Source of the DNA: Lytechinus pictus
Taxonomy: Eukaryota
Length of the DNA stretch: 64,000 bases
NCBI RefSeq assembly: GCF_037042905.1
Contig: NC_087245.1
Coordinates: 37,636,001 to 37,700,000 of the forward strand
Direction of reading: 5' to 3'
Position 1 is the stretch's first letter, and each line of letters starts with the position of its first letter. The notes below the pieces were generated by a model that did not search any database, was not told where the DNA came from, and saw only the letters and a program-made list of their open reading frames with translations. Positions 27,563 to 40,796 of this stretch are shown here, piece after piece. Position numbers and translations under genes: made by a program.

Positions 27563-27794
27563 CACTGTGTAAAATTTTACACACGTTGTTTAAGCCCGTC
27601 ACTCTAACAAGTTGTTTAAAGTTTTCGAAAATGGTTTATGAACTTCTAAAAATTGTTTCAAGTTTTGAATAAGTTGTTTAAAATAGTTTTAACAATTTTT
27701 CAAAAAGTTTAAAGTAAACAACTTGCTGTTACTGTGACATGCTTAAAATGCTTAAAACAACGTGCTTGCAATTTCAAACAGTGTTTCTACAGTG
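27563..27794. mobile_element. Palindromic MITE with CACTGT...ACAGTG termini
   Basis: Inverted arms cacgttgtttaagc..gtcac..taacaagttg versus caacttg..gttactgtgac..gcttaaaacaacgtg. Confidence 0.6.
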
Positions 27795-28265
27795 TATGCT
27801 GACAGAATGTACTTAAATTCAGTATTTTTTTATTTTATCATTCAATTCATCTACCATTCATTGCAAGAAAACTTGAATTCATGACTTTTCAATCAATGAA
27901 TCCCAGTTGTGGGTCGGTCATTGGAGGTGCACACCAGTTTTAATCTTTTAGTATTTTTTTTTTTTTTTTTTCATGATTTTTTTTGGTCACACCTTGTGTT
28001 AATATGCCCATTTAATATTTTTTTCCCCCATGTAAAGTTAAATTCAGAACACAGTGCGCTTAGAAACGCCCGTATTAAGCGCCCTATAAATGTTTTGTAT
28101 TATTATTATTTATTATGACTTTCTAATCTGACAGCAGAAGGCGGTACAGTGCCTTCAGAAACATAATGGCTTTTCACCCACAACTAACGCCCTTCTTGCT
28201 CCAAACAGGGTACCCACTCATGAAACAAATAGTGATTTTCATTGACAACTGTTAAAAGCTACTGA

Positions 28266-28421
28266 CAGGGGTTGCGGAGTGATTTTTTTTTTTGGGGGGG
28301 TGAGGCGAAAGTGGGGGAGGGACCATGCAAAAAATACAAATCACATGTTTTTTTTTTACATCCTGGTAGACATTTATTTAAAAAAGTTGGGGACACCCTC
28401 TCCTCCGTTTCGTGGCCCCTG
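28266..28421. mobile_element. Small element with CAGGGG...CCCCTG termini and apparent 5-bp ACTGA duplication
   Basis: ACTGA at 28261-28265 and 28422-28426. Confidence 0.55.
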
Positions 28422-29465
28422 ACTGAAATCCTTGCATCTCAAAGGCCGAGAGCAAATTAAGATCACAGATTCACGTCTCAGATCATCAATAATGGGAACA
28501 AATCGCAAGCAGAATTACAAAAGAAAAGACTGTAATAGAGAACTTATCTCTGGAAGTTAGGAAATAAAACTCAAAAGGCTTGACTTTTGAACTTGTTCTT
28601 GATCTACAAAAATGAATTTAGATCAGATAAAAACAACAATGAATTCAGTCTAATGGAAGATGAGCAGGAGAGTACAAGGCTGAGTGGAAATTTGCAGAGG
28701 TTAAAGATCGACTATTCATTCTGACATTCTTTTATGGGTTTACCTACAGACACGCCACAGGAAACTTTTAGGAGAGAGAGAAGATGAATTTTCTTCGAAA
28801 GTCACAGCTCGAATCTTTTTTAAAATGGCTTCTATTAAGATGATTCAAGCAACCAATGTTCAAGCTCATTCAAAAGTAATAGAACCGAAAAAAGATATCA
28901 CAAATCAGTGTTATTATACAAAGGTTTCATTTACCGGTGTACTAAATGGAAAATATACTGTAAGCTAGAGGATGATTTCTGGAGCCGTGAATCAATTGAT
29001 ATTATTGGTGTGATGTCATTGTAAGAAGGGGCTCTGCCAAAAGTGCAGAGGGGTAGCAGCGATTGCATGTAGGTTGTATAGCTGCGAATCTATACAAAAT
29101 GAAGCCATTACTATTCTTGTATCACAATACATCATGGAAAAGAATTCTAGTAAAAAGTAGAAGAATGAGATTTGAGGGAGCATTGGAACACTGTAACAAA
29201 TAAATAATACTTTTGATCATTGTTTTGATCCATTCAACACATATTTTCTCATTCGGTTATACAATTTTTTCTTGGATCTAGAAATGTGTTTTAACGCTCT
29301 GTAGGCTATAAACTTTGAAAATTTAATGTTTATTATGGAGTTCTGATATGAATATTTGTGTCTAAAAGGGAGTCTTTTATAGCACTGTTTAGGTTTCAAA
29401 AGTGAGATATCCCCCCCCCCCAACTAAATTTGTCTACCAAGAGAAGTATATAAACATAATCTTAC

Positions 29466-29512
29466 CCATTTTGACGGTTCACCGCATAGCCACCGTTATG
29501 AAGAGAAAACAA
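29466..29512 (-). CDS. MAP3K2/3: 47-bp exon carrying the probable start codon (coding part ATG G at 29469-29466, remainder 5'UTR)
   Basis: Acceptor gttttcattcttcattag. The exon ends caaaATGG|gtaaga, a strong Kozak context and donor. Phase 1 fits the 7865 exon, and human MAP3K3 also has ATG G before a phase-1 intron (recalled). Confidence 0.65.
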
Positions 29513-31048
29513 CTAATGAAGAATGAAAACCTGGGTATTAATCCAATAAGACAAAATGTTCAAGGACCTGTATAAAAGATAGAAAAGGTTAAAAATGAGA
29601 ATGTAATTAATAAATCAATAATCACTAAAGCTTGCTCAATCTATACAAAAATGCAAAACAAAAGAGATGTACAATGCATAGAAGGCATTGAAGAAAAAGT
29701 ATTGAAGATTGTTTCATATATCATGATGGTGGTCCCCAAGTCTGCGCACCTAACAATTTGAGTTAAGATTTAACATGAATTTCTTTTTATTTCCCAAAAT
29801 CTTTCAGATAATAATGTTCCTTATTATACTAAGTGTACCAAATATCTCATAAAAATTTGAAAGAAATATAGGATTTTCAGATTGAAAAAAAAATGGTACC
29901 CCATGTCTGCGCATCCATTCACTTTGCATACGATTCTGGGATTTTGATGAGAAAGGCTGCATTTTGAGGCCGTCATATGGAATGCCCAAAATTCATTATT
30001 TTTTCACCATTTGAGTCAGATTTTTTAATGAATATCTGTCTATGTATTGCATGTGTAAAGTTCGTCGGTTATGTTCTTTTACTAGAATCGCGCAGATACA
30101 CGTGTGCGCGGACAAGGGGGACTGCGCAGACTCGGGGGAAAATGCCATACCTGGAAATGATCAAGCACTTTTTATGTTTACACATGATTACGTATATCGT
30201 ATTATCCAATATTCCTAATGATCAACACTGCAACATGACCCAATAATCACTTCAGTAAAAAGTAAACAGATACTGACATCTATTCATCCAGGTACACAAT
30301 CAAAAGAAAAGGATCAATGAAGCTGATGACTTTGATTGTTAACTCTCTCCAACCACCAATTAAAAAACCTATTGTTTACTTTATCAAGGTAGCTATACTT
30401 CTGCAACGGCCAATTCCCTGCTTCAATGGCCACCTTATGAATCCAAATGCAAGATCAATAGATCAGGGGGATTTCATACATTCTTTGTGACAATAAACCA
30501 TATCTCGCAAGTTTATCTATTTTTAGCTCGGTTGCCGTTCTCACCAACAAGTAATGAAAATTAGGACTATGTACACTTACATGGTTATCGTTCCATACGA
30601 GAGAAAACTCGGCAAATAGTGCATGAAGTGTATCGTCACTGGCTATTTTAGGACCATGTATTTCCATTTTGCAGATCAATTAGGGGGGGGGGGGGTGCTT
30701 CAAGTATGCCTGAGAAAAGATGATTCGTGCACTGACATAGCATCCCACCTGACTCATATAACCTGTTGAATGAGCTGTTATACTCCTTTGGAAGCCCCCC
30801 CCCCCCAAGTAATGGCTAGTCTGCAAACATAGACTCAAATTTGACACTTTAACCAAAATCATTTCTAGAGTGAAGACTAGTCTCCAAGACAGGCACAGTA
30901 CATAGTGAACCTAGTCTTACTACTTCAGACTATGCAATGTGCACTGTGCGAATTGCGAAAACAAAGGGTCTGTACCTACTGACTATGTAATGGCTGCCAT
31001 TTACGCCATAAGTTACAGTACTCTGAATTTCAACTCTCCATAGTTTAA

Positions 31049-31815
31049 GGGTGCGTTTATCCGCCACTTTTTTACCCTAGAATCATGATCTGAATCATGA
31101 TTCAAATCATGATTCTGCAGAATCACGATTGCGTTTAGTCGAAATTGAATATAATCATGATTAGAATCACAAACGTTTCTGCAGAATCACGTACGAAAAT
31201 GTTCGAATAAACGATATCGTGATTACAATCATGATTCTATGACCTCACTGTTGTGTCGGGCTACTTTCGGTTTGACTCTTGCCAAGCTCAAGGCGCTGTA
31301 ATGTACATGAATATGTACTACGCATGCATTTCTTGTCATGTTCAAGTTCTGCGTTGGTCTTCGCATCGTCCACTACTTTTCATTTTTTGGTCATGTCTTC
31401 AACTTCAAGTTCTAGTAAATGAATTAATTGGACAGACAATGATCTCAGTTGTTGTTGAGTATACAGTATCAATATTAAATTGGATCTACGCTGAAATCCA
31501 CATCCGAACACCATTTTTGATAAAACTAACACGATGAATAGAAGCATATGGACCCTATTTGATAGAAGTAAACAAAATGAGGTATAGACTGAATTCTGGA
31601 AGCAAAAGATTTTTCGAGAGCCGAAACACGTGCGAAAAACTTCCTCTGTCAAACTGCGCACTAGTGATGCGCACTGGATTGGCCCGAATCTGAGGAGAAA
31701 CAGCATTGGAATGAAGGTCGTCTAAACGCTGATTCTGTGATATTGTGATTCATGTTTGTGTTTTGAATCATGATTCAAATCATGATTCTGGCTTGAGGTC
31801 GCATAAACGCAGCCT
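31049..31815. mobile_element. PIF/Harbinger-like MITE with GAATCATGATTC subterminal palindromes
   Basis: TAA|GGGTGCGTTTAT...ATAAACGCAGCCT|TAA; inverted copy at 47374-47995. Confidence 0.88.
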
Positions 31816-32344
31816 TAAACAGTATGAGAGAGACATTGTGATTGTGTACCAGAGGCCGCCAATTTGGAATCAACAGAGCAAGTTCAAACTTGTAGATTAA
31901 AGCGTCAATCAGTCACTCTGTACTACCTACAGACTAAATTCCCTTGTATGCCAAAAACTGTGGAGAGTGGTCTGTGACGGAGACTAGTTCCAAACCACTG
32001 TCTAAATATGATGCATATGTCAACAAATGATGGGAAATATCAATACATGTCACTATTGTAAAGTCCATGCAGTTAGTCTGCATGGGTATGCACAGGTAAA
32101 TCAAAGTTAAATAGTCTTGCATATAGTTTCCTTCTGAAGTGCGAGACGGTTCATGAATCAAAACGCTGGTAAAAAGCACATCACTGTTCATCAGTGGTGA
32201 TCCACACTCGTTATATTCGTCTACTGCGCATTTTGTCTCAACCAGGATGGCACAATCCCGTTTTGACTACAACCAGTGCATCTAATTCATTGCCACATAT
32301 TCTATAACTTACCATCTCTTCTCATTCCCAATAAAGGCTATAGG

Positions 32345-32747
32345 CCCGAGGGGGGGGGGGGGGGCAGTCAAATGTATTGCTGTACACATGCATGGCCAAA
32401 TTATTTCCAAACACCCCTAAACGAGTGTTTCTGTGTATAAAATAACCCCCTAAACAAGTTTTCGCCAGAATATGACCCCGGGGAAAAAGCTTGGGGAAAA
32501 AAATACCCCAAACACATTTGGCTAGTATTAAAAATTAAAAGCTATGTAAAAAAATATACCCTAAATATGTTTGACCCTGCGATTGACCATTGACCAGTCT
32601 TTCAAAACTACCACTTCTTTTGAAAATCAGTGTTTTTGATACCCTTAACGAGTGCACGCGCAGCCCGCGTCCAAAACTAAAAAAAACACCTTTAAACACG
32701 TTTTTTGGTCACAGCAATATATTTGACTGCCCCCCCCCCCCCCCGGG
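32345..32747. mobile_element. MITE with CCCG(G)n-CAGTCAAAT termini
   Basis: Inverted repeats ggggcagtcaaatgtattgctg / cagcaatatatttgactgcccc, with internal cccctaaac repeats. Confidence 0.8.
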
Positions 32748-33305
32748 ACTAATATCCACTTGGTCTTACACCCATTAGTCTATATAGTTAGGTGAACTGT
32801 TGAACTGTTCATGAACAAAATTTTCATTTGATAAAGTACATACACTACGAGTCACAATTCTTTGACTCACTGTTACCTGTTCAAACCAGAGAACAATAGA
32901 TTCAGTGGACCAAATCTATTGTTCTGTGGTTATCACAGGCTATGAGAAGACAAAGTTGGAATTGGACCAAGAGGGTTAAGTCCAGGTGGTATTAGACTAC
33001 CTGAGAAGTTAAAACTATACCAACTGCATGTAGACCTACTGAATAAAACCCAAAGATTTAATAGGTTAACTTGTGGTGCATGTATAACCAAACCAGAAGG
33101 AGGCAATGATGCTGATACCAATATCATTGAAAAGTTGATTTTTTTTTTTTTGGGGGGGGGGGCAGTAGGAAACAAAATGCACCGTTTTTCGTATTGATTA
33201 GTTATATCTGTTCATTAGCAGCAAATATTACTTAAATGCAGCCAAAATTCAACCAAATCATTTTGAAAACTGATTCTGAAAATGGTTAATCTGACTACGA
33301 CTTAA

Positions 33306-33791
33306 AGGGGAAGTTCGCCCTGACAAAAAGTTTATTGTAAAAATAGCAGAAAAAATAATAAAAAATATTGCCGAAGGTTTGAGAAAAAATCATCAAATAA
33401 TTAAAAAGTTATTAGAATTTCAATTATTTGATTTGTGACGTCATATGCGAGCAGCATTCCTACATAGCGAATGGTAAAAAATCTATGAAATGTCATTTTC
33501 TCAGAAAATTGAAAATGGTTTTCATTGTACCTTTTGTATATCAATAGACAAATCATTTCACACCCGATCATGAATATGGTTCATCAGGAACCATACAAAA
33601 TTTGAAATTCATGCATTTTATATTACATAACACATGGGGCAGCTGCTCGTTTATGACGTCACAAATCCAAAACTTTGAACTCTAATAACTTTCTTACTCT
33701 TTAACGGATTTTCCTCAAACCTTCACCAATATTTTTTACTATTTTTTCTGCTATTTTTACATCAAAGTTTTCTTCAGGGTGAACTTCCCCT
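33306..33791. mobile_element. Kolobok-like MITE family B (copies at 42423-42926 and 45290-45774)
   Basis: TTAA|AGGGGAAGTTC...GAACTTCCCCT|TTAA with about 150-bp inverted arms. Confidence 0.88.
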
Positions 33792-33956
33792 TTAAGAACT
33801 TGTTGCTAAAACGTGGCTCAGACATGCTATGAGACAAAAAGATACTTGTATAAGGCTGAGAAATCTCTACCATAATAATTTAGTATTAGACCTTTCTGAT
33901 CCAATTTATTATGGGTGGTGTTGATAAAATTGTTCATAAATGCAGTTCTGACTTAA

Positions 33957-34572
33957 AGGTCAAGTCCACCCCAGAAAAATGTTGATTTGAATAAATTGAG
34001 AAAAATCAAACTAGCGTAACGCTGAAAATTTCAGCAAAATCGGATGTTAAGTAAGAAAGTTATGGCATTTTAAAGTTTCGCTTGTTTTTCACAAAACATT
34101 GATATGCACAACTCAGTGACATGCAAATGAGACGGTCGATGATGTCCCTCACTCACTATTTCTTTTCTTTTCTATTGTTTGAACTTTGAATTATACAATA
34201 TTTCATTTTTTACAGATTTGACAATAAGGACCAACTTGACTGAACGATATAGTATTAAACACTGTTAAACAATGCTAATTCCACATGTTCAGGGAGGAAT
34301 TAATTGTTGTTTCACTTGACAATGAGGAGAAAATTAGAATATTTCATATTTCATATAATAAAATACAAAAGAATAGTGAGTGGATGTCATCAGTCTCCTC
34401 ATTTGCATACCGACCAGGATGTGCATATAACTGTTTTGTGAAATTAGGCAAAACTTTAAAATGTCATTACTTTCTTATTTTACATCCGATTTTGATAAAA
34501 TTTTCAGTGTTATGCTTGTTGGATTTTTCTCTTTTGATTCAAATCAACTTTTTGTTTGGGTGGACTTGTCCT
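33957..34572. mobile_element. Kolobok-like MITE family A, complete copy
   Basis: TTAA|AGGTCAAGTCCACCC...GGGTGGACTTGTCCT|TTAA. Confidence 0.9.
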
Positions 34573-34842
34573 TTAACAACCCCCTGGTGACCCATTCTTT
34601 GGTGCCAATTGAGACTTAAAATCATTTAAATAAAAATTTTGATTCCAATCAGCTTCCAAGATAAAATCTATCTCTGTAGATTAAAATCGTTATCAAGGAT
34701 CTGAACAAAGGATCATGAACATCCACCTAACTTCAATAAGGGTAAGTACGGGGAAAATATAAAATTTAGGAATCCCATTTAGCACAGAATCAGGTCACCG
34801 GTCATAGGTAAATTTGTGTATAAATTTTGTGTGTGTTACATC

Positions 34843-35215
34843 AGGGCCGTCTGCACCAGCCCGAGTTTTCAAATTAGCGCGCTATTTCTGATCCGGGAAA
34901 TTATCCCGATCTTAACAATCTCAAGATTATTTGTAATGGAGACGCAACTGCGCTAGTTCACTGGATTAATCTCGAGATTCCAATCCCAAGTCAACTTGGG
35001 ATATTCTGCAAAATAGCGCGCTATTTAGGAATTATCCCACTAATTCGCAGGTGCAGACGCACTCAGGATTATTTATTCACGGCATCAGACCGAGCAGGAA
35101 TCGCTCTTCTTTCAATGGTGGAGACGGGGTTTCTTGAATCTCGAGATAAATCGAGAAGAGGGCTGATCAGGCTAAAATCTCAAGATTGAGCAAACTTAAT
35201 GGTGTAGCACTGCCC
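34843..35215. mobile_element. Inverted copy of the 13674-14068 MITE family
   Basis: Reverse-complement similarity along its length. Confidence 0.85.
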
Positions 35216-36665
35216 GAGCACCGCCTATAGAGACAGGTTGGTTTGTTTGTTTCGAGGCCATTTGGGCAATATTTAGTAGGTGTATGACTTCCACCATGAA
35301 AAGGTAAGCTCGAGGAGTCAATGCAACATTGAAAGAAAAAAAAACATGTTGACATATATCATGTCTCCACTAAGTAAACGCAGGAACCAGTGTTCAATTA
35401 TCATCCAGTCTGAGCATTACTATTCACTAAACATGTATCTATCAACATTTACCTACCAGGAATATATTTGTAGATTTCATTCAGACATATAATGTGTGTA
35501 CATACTGAAATATAATCTGAAAATTAATTTCAAATAAAAAGCATTATCAATGATTCCTTGAAATTAAAGATCTATGAAGATCTATCTATAGAGATTAATG
35601 GTTTTACAATATGACTTCCTTGGCTGGGACATTTATTGGATTTAACTTCCATTTCTAAATGACGTAATACATTTCAATGGCTGGAAAAATTATTGTATTG
35701 CACATTCCTACACAGATACTAGCAAAGTCCAACATACAAGTGGGTCGTAAATGTCATTTTTACATAAACCTGAGAAATAATTACTTTACAATTTTCATAT
35801 ACATTTCCAGTTTGGATACAGTAGTACTGAGATACAGTCTGTTAATCAAGACTATAGGACTTTGATCACATTGAACTTGGTAGGCACTGAAGAGGTGCTC
35901 ATAATCACTTGTTGCATTCTCACAGTATGCATCTTACCTAGTCTCTATACTCAGACACTGTGACTGTGCTGACAGCAATGTAATTTATTTTACTTCTCCA
36001 AATGGTTAAACATTAATATTTTATTTGTGGTTTCAGTATTCATTGTGTTATAAATAATTCATTATAATGAATCTGTCCTCATTTTTGCCTGTAGGATCAT
36101 TTCAAATGGTAAAGGAATTATAGTAATATTTTGCTCCAACTCAGTGCTCGCACGCATATTGCAATAAAAAAATGCATGAATGGGACTATGCATAATGTGT
36201 GGCCAAAAATATGATCCATTTCTTTTCAGTGGAGGAGGGGGGAGGGTATATTTATAACATGAAGACATCTGATGAGAAATTATTTGCAGTATGTTATTTT
36301 ACTATTCTTCCAAGTAACACAAAAACATTTTTTTTAACTCACAAATATTATTGTTTTCACCTCTCATTGCAAATGTAAGCCATTACTCCACCGTGATAAC
36401 TCTACTGATATGCAATGCCTACCATAAAGAATTGAGTGGTTAGTATCATCAGCGCTTGACTTGTTGACTTCCGATAAACTCAATAGCCTCTGTACAAAAA
36501 CTGTCGGGGTTCCAGCAAGCAATGGGTTAACATATCCATAAGAAACCTGTCTAATCTTGAGAAAGTCAATCCCTTGAATAAGCCAGTTGTTAATCACTAC
36601 GCTTCCTTTCTGCAGGTATGAGCAGATCACAAATACAAACACTTCTCGAGATGCTAGAACACTCA

Positions 36666-37180
36666 GACCCCGTTCCCATCTACTTCCCTGAACCGGTTTC
36701 CATTAAACCATGTCCATGACAAAACCAGTAATAAAATTGCTTCGCTCGTGTTCTCATCATCATCTCCTCAACTAGTTTCCAGAACAACTTCACATAAAGT
36801 TGTTGCTTAGGGAATGTTCTCAGTGGGGTCACATGTTTTGTGCAAAATTTGAAAATGCAGCATACATGTAGGCATATAAATCATCAGTATTTTGCATATA
36901 CACGTTGTACCATACGTACCAAGTAGCGTGCCCAACATATGCACACTATCTTACTACCGGGTGAAGACTGCTTCCCATCAATGCTTAAACCAGTTTAACA
37001 AGGCAAAGCTGTCTTAAAAACCACATCACGAGGTGTACTTCCAAACTTTTAGAGAAGACCACTTAAAATCACTTCCAAGAGATCGAGACCACTTTTTGCA
37101 TTCCCATTAAATGTTAAAACTTGTTTCCACCAAACTGGTTTCCACTAAACTGGTTTAAGAAAGTAGATGAGAATGGGGTC
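36666..37180. mobile_element. GACCCCGTTCTCAT-family MITE
   Basis: gaccccgttcccatctactt ... aagtagatgagaatggggtc terminal inverted repeats. Confidence 0.8.
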
Positions 37181-38744
37181 CAAGACCACTATTTACACAA
37201 GTCATAGAAGGTCCTACCCTATTTCCCATCTCAATCAACCAAAGAAGGTTCCCAATCCATAATAAGCATATTTACTCTGCTTTGTATTATCAATATGATT
37301 TTCATTTGAGTGATCTTACAGAATCAATGCAAATGAGAAGATCTACCTAATACAATATACACACTGATCGTGGAGAATGTCAAGCATTAAGGCCAGAGAT
37401 GTTTAAAAATAGTGTACAAATGAGGAAAATTTCCCAAGATGGAGCTAGAATCATTTCATGATTAGAAGAACAAGTTTTTATCTGGTGAAATGAATTATAC
37501 AAAGCTTAGATTTTCTAGGCAGTTTGTAAAAGATTGTGATAATGCTAGTAGTATTCCAGTTTTTTGTAGTGCTTAATACACAAAACAATGTACATGTATC
37601 TAAGCACTTTATAGATACACAGATACCATGCACTCATCAGATTCTTGCATGTCAATACAAAATATATGCACTTTCTCCACTCCCTGGGAAGCATTCCAAA
37701 ATGTGTTTTCTAGCATAATTGCTTGGCATATTACATTGGCTTTCACATCCTACCGGATACCCATCTAACACCTGTATAGAGGGTTGGCCATAGTGGATTG
37801 ATGCCTTGCCAGAAGATGCGACTCTGAGGTGGGATTCAAACACATTCATTCTGACAGAAACCCTAAACAGTGTACGGTGTAGATAAAAAAATATACTGAA
37901 TCAGTCCTTTATATCAGGAACAAGTACCACCATTCTTTGTGCAGTAATATAATAACAATGAAGGCAGAAAGAGGAATAGGCTAATCCCAAAATTATGAAA
38001 GCGGTAGAGGTTGCTTAAATAGGCCATGAAGTGATTAAAATATAAAGAAATTCAATGAATTCACAAAAGCTTTTGAACAGGAAAGGCAGAGTTGGCCTCT
38101 TTTTATTGTGAACTGGCAGATTAGACAAGATTCTCTGACTTCTTTAGTTTGTATTTGAATATATTACCCTGCAGCTTACAAGTAAATTCTCTCAAATCCC
38201 CTCCGTTCAGGGAGAAAACCCACCCACAGATCAACACGTCTAATGCATGCAGCTCTCCTAGCGACCTTAACAAATATTAGAGAGACTGGAAACCAAATTT
38301 AAACCCAACTTTGTCTAAAGGATCTGCTCCCACATCTTTAACCAACAAGACTTGATTTAGGACCAAGGAATTAAAATATCAGTCGAGAAAAGTAAATGGA
38401 CACCCACTTATCTGGATATATGCTCCTCAAATCATTCTCATTAAAATCTAAAATATAATTTATCTAAATAATTAACTGTTCTTGTTTCAAGCAAAGAACC
38501 ACGACCCTAATATTCCCTGGCCTTTACTGGACCATCTCTTTAATTTCTGGGGAAAAAAGAAGAACTTTCAGATCCTAGTCCTGGGCAACCATTTTTCGGC
38601 CTGCCTAAATAAAGTTTTTTAATGGAAATGGGGTGAACTCAACAATCTACTCAAGAGAGAACTCTTGAGAGACAAGAGTAAGAAGATTGAAGTCCAGAAT
38701 GCGGAGCTGAATCACACAGAAAACTGGTCTATTACAGACATTAA

Positions 38745-39005
38745 GACCCCGTTCTCATTCCGCTTTCTAAAGCTGGTTTACTAGAAACTGGTTCAGGAAA
38801 CCAGTTTGGAAGATGGCTTTGCTAGCGGTCCCATTTTGATGACGAGAAAGTGGTTTTCAAAATCAATCACTTCACGTAAAGCAATCCTGTTGCTATGGGA
38901 GCGCTCTCAGTGAGGTGACATGTTTCGTGCTAAATTGGAAACGGCAGCATAGGCATTCTACACACAGTGTGTGGAGTAGCACATTCAAAATGTGCGAAGA
39001 TCTTG
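38745..39005. mobile_element. Half copy of the GACCCCGTTCTCAT-family MITE
   Basis: Reverse complement of 57940-58214. Confidence 0.8.
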
Positions 39006-40079
39006 GTCAAGCCTGCAGCTCAAGGCAAAAAACATAAAGGGTAGCATCTGACACAGCACGACTAGAGACAATGCAAGCTCGTGTATACCCTCTCACTTGC
39101 CTTAGTTTTCTTTTTATTGACTTCAATTCTAAGCGGACTTTCCATACAAAAAAACAGCCACTGGACATTCGGTGATAAAAAGTACACCCAATGTAGTCTT
39201 GCCGCATCTGATTTATCACTTGAGTTTATGTAACGGCAAAGGCAATATGCCACAGCCTCTGTGTTGAGATGAATGGTTAATACATGTAAATGACTGTGAT
39301 GTCAGTAAGTGATGGTTTTTCTTCTCAGTCAAGACATAAAATGCACCAAAAGCGATGATAGATTATCTATATTCTTCGAAACACAAAGGGAGAACATCTG
39401 ATTGCAATCGCAAAAGCAAGAGTTATCATGAAGGATCTCTGCCCCCCCCCTCCTCCCCCTATACTGATTTCCACTATATACTGTGCGATTTGATTTGAGC
39501 ACGGACCTACATTTGAGAGATAGTGCCATAAGAACGAGAGAGAACGAGCTTGCAAGGCCCAGAGGAAAAATTTTGAAGTGTTTGCAGAGCATACAAATGG
39601 TGGATTTGTGTTTGGTAGTATTCCCAATGAATTGATGAGAAAGGAGCTCTACACACACTCCAACAAAAGCAAAGATAAACTAGAAAAAGGACTTTCCTTT
39701 TCTTCTTTTCAATGAATCGAAAGAGAATGGCATGGGAAGAGATGGTACCCCCTTATCCAAAAAGGACCCGTTTTATATGCAGGAATTTAGTTTCAGTTGT
39801 CAAGTAGACCCAACAATATCCTCTTCAGTTTCACAAGACTGTCTGGACATGGTCATTTGCCTTTACATGGTGGGACTACTGATCGAAGTAACTTCTAGAA
39901 TAGTTTTCAACTGTGTTTAATTATGGAGGATCAATGGTCCAATGACCACTACATGTATTTCAGTAAAATGGTTTTCAAAGATATATGTTCACATTATGAT
40001 TAAGTTCAATTAATTTAATGAAAGATGTAAAAAAAAAACGTCTTTCAAAACAGAAACCAAAGACATTTATATACATGTA

Positions 40080-40514
40080 CGCACAACTCAGGAGTCGATG
40101 TTGTCCCTCCCTCACTATTTCTTTTGTTTTTTATTGCTTGAATTATACAATATTTCAATTTGTATACAGATTCCATAAGGACTAACTTGACTGAACCATA
40201 AAATGAGAATGGTTATTCCACATGTTCAGGGAGGAATAAAACTTTGTTTCACAGGACAACAGGGAGAAAATTTGAATATTTCATATTATAAATTAGAAAA
40301 GCAATAGTGAGTGGATGATGTCATCAGTCCCCTCATTTGCATACCGACCAGGATGTGCATATATTGTAACTATTTTGTGAAATCAAGCAAAATTTAAGAT
40401 GTCATATTAAACTTTTTTTTATTTTACATCTGATTTTGATGAAATTTTTCAGTGTTATGCTTGTTGGATTTTTCTCTTGTTTATTGAAATAAACTTTTGG
40501 GGGTGGACTTGCCC
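40080..40514. mobile_element. Truncated Kolobok-like family A copy
   Basis: Matches 34105-34572. Confidence 0.8.
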
Positions 40515-40782
40515 TCTATGATGCAGAAAATTAAAAACATTCTTCTGGTTTGGACATGTGTGGAGATTTTATTCTTAAATATCATCTCAAGAAACATAAC
40601 TATCATATACAACTTAAAGAGCAAAGCTGGAACAATGCACATCCATACTTTTGCGTTGCAGAAGCGCAGTGTTTTCGACTCAAGTATGATTTGATAACAG
40701 CGCTGAGACTGATAAACAAGACAATCCTGCGGCCTGCGATACACGAACTACCAAGCCATCAGTGATGTAGCATCGCTTGCCT

Positions 40783-40796
40783 GTTACCATAGCAAC
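40783..40796. promoter_or_regulatory. RFX X-box consensus match GTTACCATAGCAAC
   Basis: Exact match to GTNRCC-N(0-3)-RGYAAC inside a CpG-rich non-repetitive island. Confidence 0.5.

Noticed and set aside
28682..28699. EWKFA read as a TRP-box (EWKFAR)
   Set aside because: The following residues (xxDRLF) fit the Cys-loop M4 context better, and no TRP features are nearby.
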